From positions 96,001-160,000 of the IMG/VR virus record IMGVR_UViG_2645727757_000001: a stretch of DNA of 64,000 bases. One strand, given 5' to 3'. This DNA is from a virus. Lineage: Duplodnaviria > Caudoviricetes. The notes beneath the pieces were generated by a model. The model made no database searches. It was not told where the DNA came from and worked only from the letters and a program-made list of their open reading frames with translations. Position numbers and translations under genes: made by a program. Positions 9,103-19,281 of this stretch are shown here, piece by piece (the first letter of the stretch is position 1; each line of letters begins with the position of its first letter).

Positions 9103-10626
9103 TTAAGAATATGAAATAGATTTGGCTTTATTTTTAAATTTCTCTTCAAATCTACTTGTTTTCTTGACTTTGAATTTTTGTAAATTCTTATTAAAAATAT
9201 CATCATCAACTATGAAACTTCTTCCTGTATCTATACCATCTATATTTTCATAGACAAAAGTTCTTTTATTTACATCTAATGATATAGCTAGTTTTGCTGC
9301 TTCATCATTTCCTAAGGTAGTGTAAGCTGCTTCTTTGGTATTTTGTTTAAAGCATATTTTATTACATAAAAATCCTCTTAAACTAACACCAATAGAATCT
9401 TCACCAGCTCTTTGTGATAAAATAACAACATAAATTCCACTATTTCTTGCTTCTCTGCATAGTAAATTTAAAAGCTTATTATATTTCTTTTTCTTAGCTT
9501 TTATATCTGGAGAATCTGTATCATCTTCTTTGAAATTTGCAATTTCATCTATAATAAGCATTAATATAGGAAGTTTATTTTTTGCTATTTTATTATAGCT
9601 ATATATATTAGTTATATTTTCTTTACATTTGTTAAATAATGAATTTCTTATTTTGTGTTCATTCCTTAATCTCTCTAGTGATCCTATACATTTTTCTAAT
9701 GTTTCAGAATAAGAACAACATTGTTCTATATTTTTAAATGGTCTAAAATCTTGCTTATCAGTAAGCATATTGAAGAATAGACCTAATTTATCCTTGCCAT
9801 TTGAAAGACATGAGTTCATAAGTGCTGTCATTATAGCTATACTCTTTCCAGAACAAGGAATACCCCCAATTAAAGCATTAGGTAACTTTTTAAAATTTAA
9901 TATAATGTTCTTTTTAAAATTACCTAATCCAACACACAACTCATAAGGTTCAACCTTTACAGGTTTAAAATCATAATTAAAATTAACTTTTTGTTTTTCT
10001 ATATCTATAACAACTATATTTAAATCTTCATCCCATTTAATAATAGATTTTCCTAAAGATTTATCAATTAAATCTTTATGATTTTCTAGTACTTCATAAC
10101 TTAATCCTAGTGGTATATTAACTTTTAATCTATATCCAGCAACTTCTCCATCTACATAAATATCAGAAATATCTTCTATTTTATATGATTCTCCTATTAT
10201 ATTTCTAACTTTACTTTTATTTGAGAAAATTTTATCCCATATAAAATATATTTTTTCTTTATCATCTATAGGCAATTCATTTAAATGAACAATCATATTT
10301 GCAGATGTTTTATCTTTATTTAAAATAAATCTAACCTCTCCACCAAACGCTGATTCTATGCTAGATTGTAAAGATTTAAGGAAAGAAAAGTTTGTACCTT
10401 TTTTGAATTCTAAAGTGCTATCAAAACCATAAGACTTTATATCTATATCTGTTATTTCAAAAGTATCTTCTGATTTTCTATCAGTGCATCCTTTAATGAC
10501 ATCTTCCCATGATTCTTCTATTTTATTTTTTATCTTCAATGTTTTTCTAAAATCCTTAGTAAGATATGATATACCACAACACGCAATTCCTAAAAAGTAC
10601 AAACTAGCTAACATAATTTCATTCAC
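9103..10626 (-). CDS. FtsK/SpoIIIE-family ATPase with N-terminal TM
   Basis: PNALIGGIPCSGKS Walker A, LIIDE Walker B, GIYVVILSQR motif. Confidence 0.9.
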   Translation of the reverse strand: MNEIMLASLYFLGIACCGISYLTKDFRKTLKIKNKIEESWEDVIKGCTDRKSEDTFEITDIDIKSYGFDSTLEFKKGTNFSFLKSLQSSIESAFGGEVRFILNKDKTSANMIVHLNELPIDDKEKIYFIWDKIFSNKSKVRNIIGESYKIEDISDIYVDGEVAGYRLKVNIPLGLSYEVLENHKDLIDKSLGKSIIKWDEDLNIVVIDIEKQKVNFNYDFKPVKVEPYELCVGLGNFKKNIILNFKKLPNALIGGIPCSGKSIAIMTALMNSCLSNGKDKLGLFFNMLTDKQDFRPFKNIEQCCSYSETLEKCIGSLERLRNEHKIRNSLFNKCKENITNIYSYNKIAKNKLPILMLIIDEIANFKEDDTDSPDIKAKKKKYNKLLNLLCREARNSGIYVVILSQRAGEDSIGVSLRGFLCNKICFKQNTKEAAYTTLGNDEAAKLAISLDVNKRTFVYENIDGIDTGRSFIVDDDIFNKNLQKFKVKKTSRFEEKFKNKAKSISYS

Positions 10627-10852
10627 CTCTGGCTTTCTTAATTTTTATACCTATAATTTCAGTAATAATTAAAACAGAACCTATAGAAATAGTTGCAATA
10701 GATAAAGGATCAAGTGAACTTAACTTAGAAATAGCAATAGTATCAACATTATTTAAAACTTTAATAGCTAAAGGAGCAGAAACAGCTCCAATAGCCATAC
10801 ATTTTAAACTAGTACTAGGTTTATCTTTATAATAATCAACTAATTTACTCAT
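10619..10852 (-). CDS. small membrane protein
   Basis: 77 aa with two hydrophobic segments, overlaps the FtsK start. Confidence 0.65.
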   Translation of the reverse strand: MSKLVDYYKDKPSTSLKCMAIGAVSAPLAIKVLNNVDTIAISKLSSLDPLSIATISIGSVLIITEIIGIKIKKARGE

Positions 10853-10992
10853 TATATTGATTTCCTCCTATTCTTATATTGATTATCGTCATAGATATTT
10901 ACTAACTTTCCAGTTGAATCATCTATAACATCACTTTCTACATCACTTGAATATTTATTATAAATATCATCTATATAGTATTTATTTTTCAT
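10852..10992 (-). CDS. small acidic protein (46 aa, not in ORF track)
   Basis: Fills the gap and is coupled to both neighbours; MKNKYYIDDIYNKYSSDVESDVIDDSTGKLVNIYDDNQYKNRRKSI. Confidence 0.45.
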   Translation of the reverse strand: MKNKYYIDDIYNKYSSDVESDVIDDSTGKLVNIYDDNQYKNRRKSI

Positions 10993-11248
10993 TTTTCTCT
11001 TCTCCTGCGGCTAGTATCATACTTGCAGCTCCACCACAGAATACTGTAAAGTATGCTATAGTCATTCCAATTAATGAAGGTTGAGTTGATTGTGCTACAC
11101 TTGTATTTGCTATACATTCAAGAGTTTTATTGTTAAGTTGCATAAATGCGGGTATTATTACTGGAGAAAGTATTGTTCCACCTAATAGCATATTCATTCC
11201 ATTTCTAACGCTCTTTCTATTTGAATATTTTTCTAATAAATTTGTCAT
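10982..11248 (-). CDS. small membrane protein
   Basis: 88 aa, two hydrophobic segments, similar layout to 10619..10852. Confidence 0.65.
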   Translation of the reverse strand: MTNLLEKYSNRKSVRNGMNMLLGGTILSPVIIPAFMQLNNKTLECIANTSVAQSTQPSLIGMTIAYFTVFCGGAASMILAAGEEKNEK

Positions 11249-11262
11249 TTTAAAAATCCTCC

Positions 11263-11607
11263 TTATGATAAAATATCTATAAAATCTTGACCTATAGAAA
11301 TATAAAGTTTTATTATATCTGCAACTTTAGGGAATATAGCAACTAAAAGTTTGTTATATTTAACTAAGAAATCAACAATTATTTCTTCATCTAAACTAAT
11401 AGAACAAGAATCATCATCTAAATATTCAATATCTAGATTTTCAATAACATCATCAACAAAGTTATTTAATTCTTCTTTTAAACTATTTTCATCTGTAGAA
11501 TCATCAATAGATTTGCTTAAATTAATAGAACCATCCTTTATAGAATCAAAAACCTTCATAAATTCAATACCTTCATTTTTACTAATTATAATTTTCATTA
11601 CCTTCAC
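11263..11607 (-). CDS. hypothetical acidic protein
   Basis: 114-aa ORF. Confidence 0.65.
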   Translation of the reverse strand: MKVMKIIISKNEGIEFMKVFDSIKDGSINLSKSIDDSTDENSLKEELNNFVDDVIENLDIEYLDDDSCSISLDEEIIVDFLVKYNKLLVAIFPKVADIIKLYISIGQDFIDILS

Positions 11608-11641
11608 CTCAATTAAAATTTAAATTTATAATAAAAACTTT

Positions 11642-12166
11642 TTAATAAATGAAATTTGGAACAATTTCAACGTATTTTTCTGGTTTATTGTTAGTTGCAT
11701 ATATAGAATCTCCACACCATAAACCATTTAATGGAGCATTAAAACCACAATATTCGTATCTATAATCATCATCCATAGTTGATGTAAGAAGTGGAAGAGG
11801 ATGTATAGTTAAACCATTTCTACACTTAGGACATTTAGTAAGATCAATATAATAAGCACAAGTATCATTAACAAGATATCTAAAATTATTTCCTGGGTTT
11901 TCATAGAATTCTAAATCTTTATAACTAGCTGATTCTATAAATAAATTAATACCTTTATCATTTGTGAATAATCCTTTCATAGCATAATCTCCACACCAAA
12001 TAATTTTATCCTTATACCAAGGTCCATCTTCTCCTATAAGCTCCATAACTCTGTTCATAAAAGGATTGTTTATAAAAGAGTGTTCAAAGAATTTAGTTCC
12101 ATCATCAAGATTTGATTGCATAACTTCCTTTTTAGTTAAATTTACCACTTTAAAATATTGTCCCAT
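11642..12166 (-). CDS. conserved phage hypothetical protein (MGQY..VNL..KE / G.K..EHS / HPLPLLT / G.W.GD)
   Basis: Recognisable conserved motif set, AGGAGG RBS. Confidence 0.75.
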   Translation of the reverse strand: MGQYFKVVNLTKKEVMQSNLDDGTKFFEHSFINNPFMNRVMELIGEDGPWYKDKIIWCGDYAMKGLFTNDKGINLFIESASYKDLEFYENPGNNFRYLVNDTCAYYIDLTKCPKCRNGLTIHPLPLLTSTMDDDYRYEYCGFNAPLNGLWCGDSIYATNNKPEKYVEIVPNFIY

Positions 12167-12224
12167 AAAAATATTCCCTCCTAAAAAATAAGGAAGCTAC
12201 ATAAGTAGCCTCCTAAAATTATTA

Positions 12225-12929
12225 TTATTCTATACAAGTTTTATTCAAAGTTAACATACTTACTATAGCTTTAGCTACGTGACATATTAAAGTTATACCT
12301 TTAGTTAATATTAAACCTAGTATTTCTATAACTGTAAAAGTAACATCTTTAACAGCATCTATTACAATGCCTAATGTATCACCTATTGTACCTAAAACCT
12401 TGGATGCGAAACCTTTTGCGAGTTTCTTTTGTGGTACCTTAAAGTTCTTACTAAGCTCATAAGATTTCTTTGAATAGTAACCAGATTTCATGTAATTTTG
12501 TAACTTCTCTAAGAATTTTCTTGATTTTTTGGCTTCCTCCTTAGTGATATTTGGATCTTCTTCAACCTCAATCATTTCTACTTCTTCAAGAATATCATTA
12601 ACATCTTTTTTATTTTCTTTATCGTTAATATTTTTATTTTCTTTATTCTTTGTATCTGTATTTGCTTTAACAACATCTTCTTTATTTTCCTTAACCTTAT
12701 CTTCTTTTTGTTCAACTTCTTCATCCTCTTCTGTATATGAATATTCATCTAAGGTATTTTTATCTGTAGGGTTTTTCTTAGAAGAAACTTTCTTTTCTTT
12801 ACCTCCTTCATCCATTACTAGATTTGTAGATTCAACATTGACATATTCAGAATCGGATGATACAACTTCTGTAGTTGAAGTAATATCATCTTCGCCTAAA
12901 TCAACAACATTGTCTAATTTAATCTTCAT
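12225..12929 (-). CDS. acidic protein with amphipathic/hydrophobic C-terminus
   Basis: 234-aa ORF; hairpins on both sides. Confidence 0.7.
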   Translation of the reverse strand: MKIKLDNVVDLGEDDITSTTEVVSSDSEYVNVESTNLVMDEGGKEKKVSSKKNPTDKNTLDEYSYTEEDEEVEQKEDKVKENKEDVVKANTDTKNKENKNINDKENKKDVNDILEEVEMIEVEEDPNITKEEAKKSRKFLEKLQNYMKSGYYSKKSYELSKNFKVPQKKLAKGFASKVLGTIGDTLGIVIDAVKDVTFTVIEILGLILTKGITLICHVAKAIVSMLTLNKTCIE

Positions 12930-12999
12930 ATTAATTTCCTCCTTATTGTTATATATAAAAAAAGAAGCTGAAAAATTCAGCTCCTAATTTATCTAATAT

Positions 13000-13377
13000 T
13001 TAATTATCCATATCTATATCACCATTGGTTTCAATGACAACCTCTTCTTTAATATCTGTATTGTTATTATCTTTAACCTCAATATTATTATCTATATCAT
13101 CTATAATATCTTTTTCTTTGATTCCATTTTCTTCAACTTCATTTGTATCTATATCTTTTATTGGAATAGTAGATGTTTCTGATAAATACATTCCATTTTT
13201 AATATTATCTTCTTCTTCTATTCTATTTACTTCGTATCCTATAGAATCAAGATATTTTGTTACTGCAATTTTAACTAATTTTGATGGTGAAATCATAGGG
13301 TTTTCTTCAAGATAATGAAAAATCCTTGAATTTTTCTTTCTTGTTATTGAAGCACCTATATATTTTTTATCTTGCAT
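13000..13377 (-). CDS. ParR-like adaptor (ribbon-helix-helix-like N-terminus, acidic tail)
   Basis: Directly downstream of parM; IGASITRKKNSRIFHYLE...SPSKLVKIAVTKYL. Confidence 0.6.
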   Translation of the reverse strand: MQDKKYIGASITRKKNSRIFHYLEENPMISPSKLVKIAVTKYLDSIGYEVNRIEEEDNIKNGMYLSETSTIPIKDIDTNEVEENGIKEKDIIDDIDNNIEVKDNNNTDIKEEVVIETNGDIDMDN

Positions 13378-13400
13378 AAACTTTTTCTCCTTCCAAATGA

Positions 13401-14417
13401 TTATTCTTCTGAATCATCTTTTGTATCAAAACCTTCAAATGTTACTTTTGCGGCTCTTTCATATGCTAAGGCATTTGAGAATTGTGGATTTTTCTCTACA
13501 ATAATATCCTCTTGGTCAATTCCATTAGCTTCCATTACATAAGGTTTAAGAAGTGCAGCACAACCACCTATAAGATATAATTTATCTGCCATTAAGTCAA
13601 AATTATTCTTTTCAAGTTCTGCTTTTATTCTATTAACAAAGTCTAGTAATATATTATCTACATCTTTTGATATATCAATAGTTCCTTGACCAATTCTTTT
13701 GAATTTCTTGTTTAATAAAAGTTTAACAGCATCATCTGTAGTCACATTTCTAAACTTATGTTTATTTGTTAAAATAGTCTTGAAATTTGTAAGTAAAGCT
13801 TCAAAACCCAAGTCATTAAAAGTAAATACATTTCCATTCTTATAGAACTTTCCGTCTATAAGTTCCCATTTACCTGCATCAAAAGTACCTCCACCAAAGT
13901 CATATACAATACAACAAGTATTTTCTTTAGAGATTATTGCAGATTGTGGTTCGACTATGGCATCCTCTACTGTTAAGGCATATTGTATTCCATCTAGTTC
14001 AACAGGCATATTTTTGATTTTTAATGCTGATTGTCTACATTCTTCTTTACAATCATCAAATTGCTCTAATGGTGTACCAAGACCAATTTTAGCTCTTATG
14101 TCTATAGGCATATCTCTTAATGTTTTTTTAGGATTATCTTTTAAAAATTTCTTTTGTGCTGATCTTATTATAGCTGTACAAAGAGTAGCAGTATAAATAT
14201 CTTTTTCGTATTTTGTAGGTCCTGTAAATGAAGAACCTTCTTCATCACCTACTTTATATTCCTTACCGTCTATAATTACATCATAGCTGTTTCTTATATG
14301 GCTTGTACCATATCTGTTTGACACATAAGACAGAAATCTAACACCTCTTGATGTTTTAGTATAAGCGTTACCAATATCAACGCCTAAAATGATTCTAAAG
14401 ATTTTTTTTGCTCCCAT
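13401..14417 (-). CDS. parM: ParM/StbA-family actin-like ATPase (plasmid partition)
   Basis: Phosphate-1 GVDIGNAYTK, LGTP, EPQS, phosphate-2 DFGGGT, adenosine IGGCA, PQFSNA. Confidence 0.9.
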   Translation of the reverse strand: MGAKKIFRIILGVDIGNAYTKTSRGVRFLSYVSNRYGTSHIRNSYDVIIDGKEYKVGDEEGSSFTGPTKYEKDIYTATLCTAIIRSAQKKFLKDNPKKTLRDMPIDIRAKIGLGTPLEQFDDCKEECRQSALKIKNMPVELDGIQYALTVEDAIVEPQSAIISKENTCCIVYDFGGGTFDAGKWELIDGKFYKNGNVFTFNDLGFEALLTNFKTILTNKHKFRNVTTDDAVKLLLNKKFKRIGQGTIDISKDVDNILLDFVNRIKAELEKNNFDLMADKLYLIGGCAALLKPYVMEANGIDQEDIIVEKNPQFSNALAYERAAKVTFEGFDTKDDSEE

Positions 14418-14429
14418 GTTGTTCCTCCT

Positions 14430-14640
14430 AATTATTACTAATATTATTTCACTATCTTTTTACAAATTTAGTGAAATATATGTATATATCTATAATTATC
14501 TACAAATATAATACTATATTTATATATAATTATTCAACTATAAATATATAAAAATAAAAATATATGTAACTATATACATATATAAATATATAAAATTATA
14601 TACTTATATATGTATAGAATTATATATATTGAAATAAAAA
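14430..14640. promoter_or_regulatory. putative parC centromere/promoter region
   Basis: Very AT-rich tract with repeated tatat(a/g)/ataa motifs immediately upstream of parM; inferred from position. Confidence 0.35.
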
Positions 14641-14706
14641 GGGATAGGTATATATAAACCTATCCCCTAAAACCTCAATGAAGTGGATTTCTCCACCTCT
14701 TAAATA

Positions 14707-15498
14707 TTATTCAAGTTCTGTATCACCATTAGTACTTAAATCATCAACAAGCTCTGATTCTTCTTGTTCCTCTTGTTCTTCGAATTTATAATTAGAATTC
14801 ATTTCTTCATTTAATTTAGTAGCTTCTTCAAAATTTCCCTCTTCAAGCATTTTTTGAATTTTATCAGTAATATCTTCTGAATTTTCTTCTATTCCTTTTT
14901 CAGAAGTTATTTCTTTATTAGTTTCATCAGTTTCTTTTACTACATTAGCATTAACTAATTGATCTGCATTTATCTCTTCACTTTCATCAAGTAATACAGC
15001 ATCAGTAACTACAATAGCATCAGATTTCTTGTTCTTAATGTTTTCTGGAGTTGCATCAGCAAATTCTATATCAGATACAGAAAGTCTAGTATTTTCATAT
15101 CTAATTGGTTGTTCAAATGAACATTTAATGTTACGTGGTTTTCCGTCAATTTCTATTTGAAGTACTTTTTCTATTGTAACTTTACTTTCAGTTTTGTATT
15201 TTTCGATATTTCCATGAACAACTATTCTTCTTGAAATAAATTTATCTTCTTCATCATAAATATTAAAGTTCTTATCAATAATCTTAGCTAAGTTACCATA
15301 TGCACAGCAGTTCATAAAGTCAGAATCTTTGACTTTCTTAGTTTCACCATTTTCATCTACTACAGTTCTTAAGTAATTTCTATCAGTTGCAATAGTAAAG
15401 TTAATAACGTATGATGGATTTTTACCTTCCTTATTAGCGTTTAAATCTCTTAATTTCCCACATTTTACTGTTCTTGCGAATGCTGAAGTTTTTAACAT
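14707..15498 (-). CDS. ssb: single-stranded DNA-binding protein with long acidic tail
   Basis: FTIATDRNY...DSDFMNCCAYG.LA...R.IVVHG.I SSB OB-fold pattern. Confidence 0.85.
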   Translation of the reverse strand: MLKTSAFARTVKCGKLRDLNANKEGKNPSYVINFTIATDRNYLRTVVDENGETKKVKDSDFMNCCAYGNLAKIIDKNFNIYDEEDKFISRRIVVHGNIEKYKTESKVTIEKVLQIEIDGKPRNIKCSFEQPIRYENTRLSVSDIEFADATPENIKNKKSDAIVVTDAVLLDESEEINADQLVNANVVKETDETNKEITSEKGIEENSEDITDKIQKMLEEGNFEEATKLNEEMNSNYKFEEQEEQEESELVDDLSTNGDTELE

Positions 15499-15602
15499 AA
15501 ATAATCTCTCCCTTTTTTTTACATTTTTTTATTTTTTAATTATTATTTTGATACAATTTAATACAAAGCAGATTACGCTATCATCTTAATGTATATTAAT
15601 TC

Positions 15603-15962
15603 CTAATTATTAATTATCTCTAGTTTATCTACTAAAACCCAAAATTCAGATTCATAAAAGTTAGGTATACATGGTTCAAAAATATCTGTAAATTTATCAT
15701 TTGCTATGATTGTTCCATTAACTTTTGCTTTTTTGTTGCTGCATAAATAAAGAGTATTAAAAATATCCTCTTCAAAAGTAATGCAACTAACTGTTATATG
15801 TGCATTATTATAATTACACATAACTGTAGATAAAGTTTCATTAGATATTTTTGATGAATCAGTAATAGTAAAAAATTTTACTTTATTTGATTTGCCATCA
15901 TTAATACTAATATCGACATCATCAAAAACTTCGCTTATATTACCAAATAAGCTAACTTTCAT
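15603..15962 (-). CDS. degenerate OB-fold/SSB-like protein
   Basis: MKVSLFGNI...FFTI...VSCITF...KAKVNGTI...VLVDKLE has SSB-like strand spacing. Confidence 0.4.
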   Translation of the reverse strand: MKVSLFGNISEVFDDVDISINDGKSNKVKFFTITDSSKISNETLSTVMCNYNNAHITVSCITFEEDIFNTLYLCSNKKAKVNGTIIANDKFTDIFEPCIPNFYESEFWVLVDKLEIINN

Positions 15963-16116
15963 TTTACCTCCTATAAAATATTGCTAACTAAAAAATCCAT
16001 ACCTCCAAAAGTAAGGTATGGACTACATAAAGCTTAAGCTCTATGACAATGTAAGATAAACTTACTATGTATAAACGTAAAAAAACCAGATACATTAGTA
16101 CCTGGCAACTAAAAAA

Positions 16117-16683
16117 CTACATTTTATTTAATATATTAGCTATTTCTCTTAAAGTTTCTCTTTCTTCTTTAGGAATATCATCATCATTAAGTATTCTATC
16201 AATAAATTTATTGAATACCATATTTCTATTTTCCTCACCAAACATTTGATAATCTCCAAGAATATTTATTGAATGAGTAAAATAATTATATACTATTGGA
16301 TCATTAGGATCGCACCCAAAGAATTTAATAGTATTTTTAATTGAATCATCTAAAGCTTTGAAGAAATCAATATCAATTTCTTTACATCTTAAATCTATAT
16401 TATCTAAAGCTTTTCTGTTATCTCTTTTAATAATTTCCTTAGAAGATTCATAGAATACTCTATTTATTGTTGTAGGTTTTACTCTTGAAGAGTACATAAA
16501 ATCACTAAGTTCTTTAGCACAAATTGCAAGTTGAAGAGGTGAAATAAGATCTAAAACCTTATATGTTAAAGTTTTATTTTCATCTTCTCTTTCCTTACAG
16601 TTAAAGTTATCTTTTTCTACTTTGTAACCCGATTCCTTTAACTTTTTAATCATAAATTCTAATTCTTTATCCATATTTCCCAC
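16117..16683 (-). CDS. hypothetical protein
   Basis: 188-aa ORF. Confidence 0.7.
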   Translation of the reverse strand: MGNMDKELEFMIKKLKESGYKVEKDNFNCKEREDENKTLTYKVLDLISPLQLAICAKELSDFMYSSRVKPTTINRVFYESSKEIIKRDNRKALDNIDLRCKEIDIDFFKALDDSIKNTIKFFGCDPNDPIVYNYFTHSINILGDYQMFGEENRNMVFNKFIDRILNDDDIPKEERETLREIANILNKM

Positions 16684-16699
16684 TCACCTTTTAATAATA

Positions 16700-17137
16700 T
16701 TAATAAAGATAATCCTTTTCTCCCTTATCTTTATTGTTGTATATATCATGGAAATCAAGTTCTTCATTCTTAGGTAAATTTTTAGAACCCTCTCTAACCT
16801 CTACCTTAGAATTAAATTCCTTTTCTTCCATAATGATATTATCTTCTTTTTTAGCATAATTTGCAAGTATAACATAATCATCAAAAGTTTCTTTCATAAA
16901 TTCAATATCTTCTTTAGTAACTTTCATTGACATATGTTGTATATAGCTTGTATCTTCTAATATTTCAAGTTCCTCTAGTAATTCACTATAAGGTTCTTCT
17001 AAAGCTATAGCTCTTTCAACTTTTTCTATAATAGAATCAACTGTATCAACTAATATTGTATCTACAGATAAACGTACTGCTAATTCTTCTAATTTCTTTT
17101 TGAAATCATTCCATAAAGATAATGAATATCTTTGCAT
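16700..17137 (-). CDS. hypothetical acidic protein
   Basis: 145-aa ORF, AGGTG RBS. Confidence 0.7.
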   Translation of the reverse strand: MQRYSLSLWNDFKKKLEELAVRLSVDTILVDTVDSIIEKVERAIALEEPYSELLEELEILEDTSYIQHMSMKVTKEDIEFMKETFDDYVILANYAKKEDNIIMEEKEFNSKVEVREGSKNLPKNEELDFHDIYNNKDKGEKDYLY

Positions 17138-17214
17138 TGTATATCACCTTTCTTTCAAAAAATAAAAAAAGCTGCATAGCATGAGGTTAGAGCCATGCAG
17201 CAAGAAGTGTTGTA

Positions 17215-17736
17215 TTAATTATTTTCCTCTTCATTATCTTCCATTTTCTTCTCTAATGACTTAGAGGCGTTAGATAAATGAATTTTCCAGTTAGTATATT
17301 CAATTAATGAAACTCCTAAAAGTATCATTCTTTTAAAAGTAAAGTTAGATTCATCAAGTTCACCTTTAAATTCTACTTCTCCAGTTTTATTTAACTCTTC
17401 ATTATCTGCATAAGCTCCTAAAGCTGGATATAAATTAGTAATAACTAGCTTATTAGCAATTTCCTTTTCATTAAAGAATTCATCTTCATTCTTCATAAAT
17501 GCTTGTGCACAATATCCAATACACTTAGATAAAGTTAAAATTGCTGTTTTTATAGAAATCTCTTTAGAATCAACTTTAGCTTTAATGTTAGTTATTATTT
17601 CTTCTACGTGTGTTTCAATTAATTCATCTTCTTGTTGACAAGTTTCTTTAGCAAGTTTTAATAAAGGATTGTTATTAAAAAAATCTATAACATCCTGTTC
17701 ATTGTTAACATCATTTAAATCATAATTTTCGTTCAT
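17215..17736 (-). CDS. hypothetical protein
   Basis: 173-aa ORF, GAGGTG RBS; TTGATT/TATAGT-like promoter elements upstream. Confidence 0.7.
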   Translation of the reverse strand: MNENYDLNDVNNEQDVIDFFNNNPLLKLAKETCQQEDELIETHVEEIITNIKAKVDSKEISIKTAILTLSKCIGYCAQAFMKNEDEFFNEKEIANKLVITNLYPALGAYADNEELNKTGEVEFKGELDESNFTFKRMILLGVSLIEYTNWKIHLSNASKSLEKKMEDNEEENN

Positions 17737-17931
17737 GGTTACACCTCTCTAATAAATACTACTATAAGTTTAACTTATAATATTTATCAAATCAACCAAA
17801 AAATTACAGTAAATGACGAAGCAGTTTATTGACTTACTTAGGTCTATGTAAAAGAAGCCAAAAGGCTCCATATATAAAATTACATTTTAACTAACATAAA
17901 AAAGAGCCTAAAAGGCTCATTAAAAATATTA

Positions 17932-18057
17932 TTATTTATTTTTTATCTTATTTATAGGTTTTAATTTAGCATTAGCTTTCATATTTTTATTAAGTCTATC
18001 TAAACTTTCTTTTCCTCTTTTTAATATGTCTTCTAGTACTAATTGTGCATTATCCAT
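17932..18057 (-). CDS. small basic protein (41 aa, not in ORF track)
   Basis: Overlaps stop of the upstream gene, GGAG RBS; MDNAQLVLEDILKRGKESLDRLNKNMKANAKLKPINKIKNK. Confidence 0.45.
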   Translation of the reverse strand: MDNAQLVLEDILKRGKESLDRLNKNMKANAKLKPINKIKNK

Positions 18058-18301
18058 TGTATTTCTCCATTTCTTCAAGTCTTTCTACATTTCTTTTTTC
18101 AATTGAGTATATTATATCATCTATTTCATCTATCATGTTTTCTATTGCTCTTTTCATTCCAGAATTATAGCCAAAATGATAAAATCCAGTTTTAGTTAGA
18201 CTAGATTTATTTAAAGTATCTATTTCAACTATTTCCGAAACTCTTTCTAATCTTAGTTTTAATTTTTCTCTTAGTATTGTTAACTTACTTAATTCATCCA
18301 T
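18050..18301 (-). CDS. hypothetical protein
   Basis: 83-aa ORF with GGAG RBS. Confidence 0.65.
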   Translation of the reverse strand: MDELSKLTILREKLKLRLERVSEIVEIDTLNKSSLTKTGFYHFGYNSGMKRAIENMIDEIDDIIYSIEKRNVERLEEMEKYNG

Positions 18302-18355
18302 AACAACTCTCCATTCTTTAAATAAAAAAATATTTCATCATAAGTTTTATTAAAC

Positions 18356-18793
18356 CTATAGTATATTTAAATTAACACAATAGGCTACATACTTTCCCAT
18401 AGCTTTAGATATAGAATCACTAACCTTTTTCCTTGGCTTATCATCTTCTATATCCTCTATTAGTTCATCATCCAATTCATCTTCTGATAAATAAGCAGAA
18501 CCATCTACTTTTAAAGTATTAGTGTCTTCATTATAACTACCATAAAAGAATACCACATCATTATCATATTCACTAGAGTAGTTATACCTATTGTCTATAG
18601 AGATAGCAATATGATCTTTAGCTATACAGTCAATACTATCACTAATCTCTACTCTACCTATTTTAGATATATTAATAGACTTAATTATATCTACTTTAAA
18701 AGAAATACATACTCCATCATTATTGTCATTTACCTGTATATTCTTTACTGAATTTACTCTACCATATAAAGCAATATTACTCATTAAATTCAC
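18356..18793 (-). CDS. divergent SSB-like OB-fold protein
   Basis: NIALYGRV...ISFKVDI...SDSIDCIA...IA...VFFYG resembles SSB. Confidence 0.5.
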   Translation of the reverse strand: MNLMSNIALYGRVNSVKNIQVNDNNDGVCISFKVDIIKSINISKIGRVEISDSIDCIAKDHIAISIDNRYNYSSEYDNDVVFFYGSYNEDTNTLKVDGSAYLSEDELDDELIEDIEDDKPRKKVSDSISKAMGKYVAYCVNLNIL

Positions 18794-19281
18794 TCCAATC
18801 TTTTTATTGTTGTTACAATCCTATATTTTTTAGACTTATATAGTAATAATCTTATGAAATTTTGGAAATACTAAAGGTATTCCATGAACACCTAGTTATA
18901 CCAGTTACATAACAGCTAAAATAAAGTCAATTTGCCATACCGAGGTGCTGTTTTATGGTATTTGCCCTAGAGGTCACATTAAGATGGTGCGTTTCCCTAG
19001 AAAAATAACCAGTATCCTTTCATTTTATAACAAAAACGCTTGAAAATGGCTCAACCACAAGGGATTATCGGCAATTTTAAGCGTAATTGGTTAAAAATAA
19101 AGTGAAATGGTTATTACTAGTGTAAGCCCATCTAAACATAAGATTACTGGTAAAATACCGTAGGTATCGGTCAAGCCATAGGTTATTAAGGCATAATGAC
19201 ACTTTAACCAGTAATCGGCTATCTAAGGCAACCTAAACTACAATAATACCAATAGGGAATGGTAACATTATAGTTTATCTG

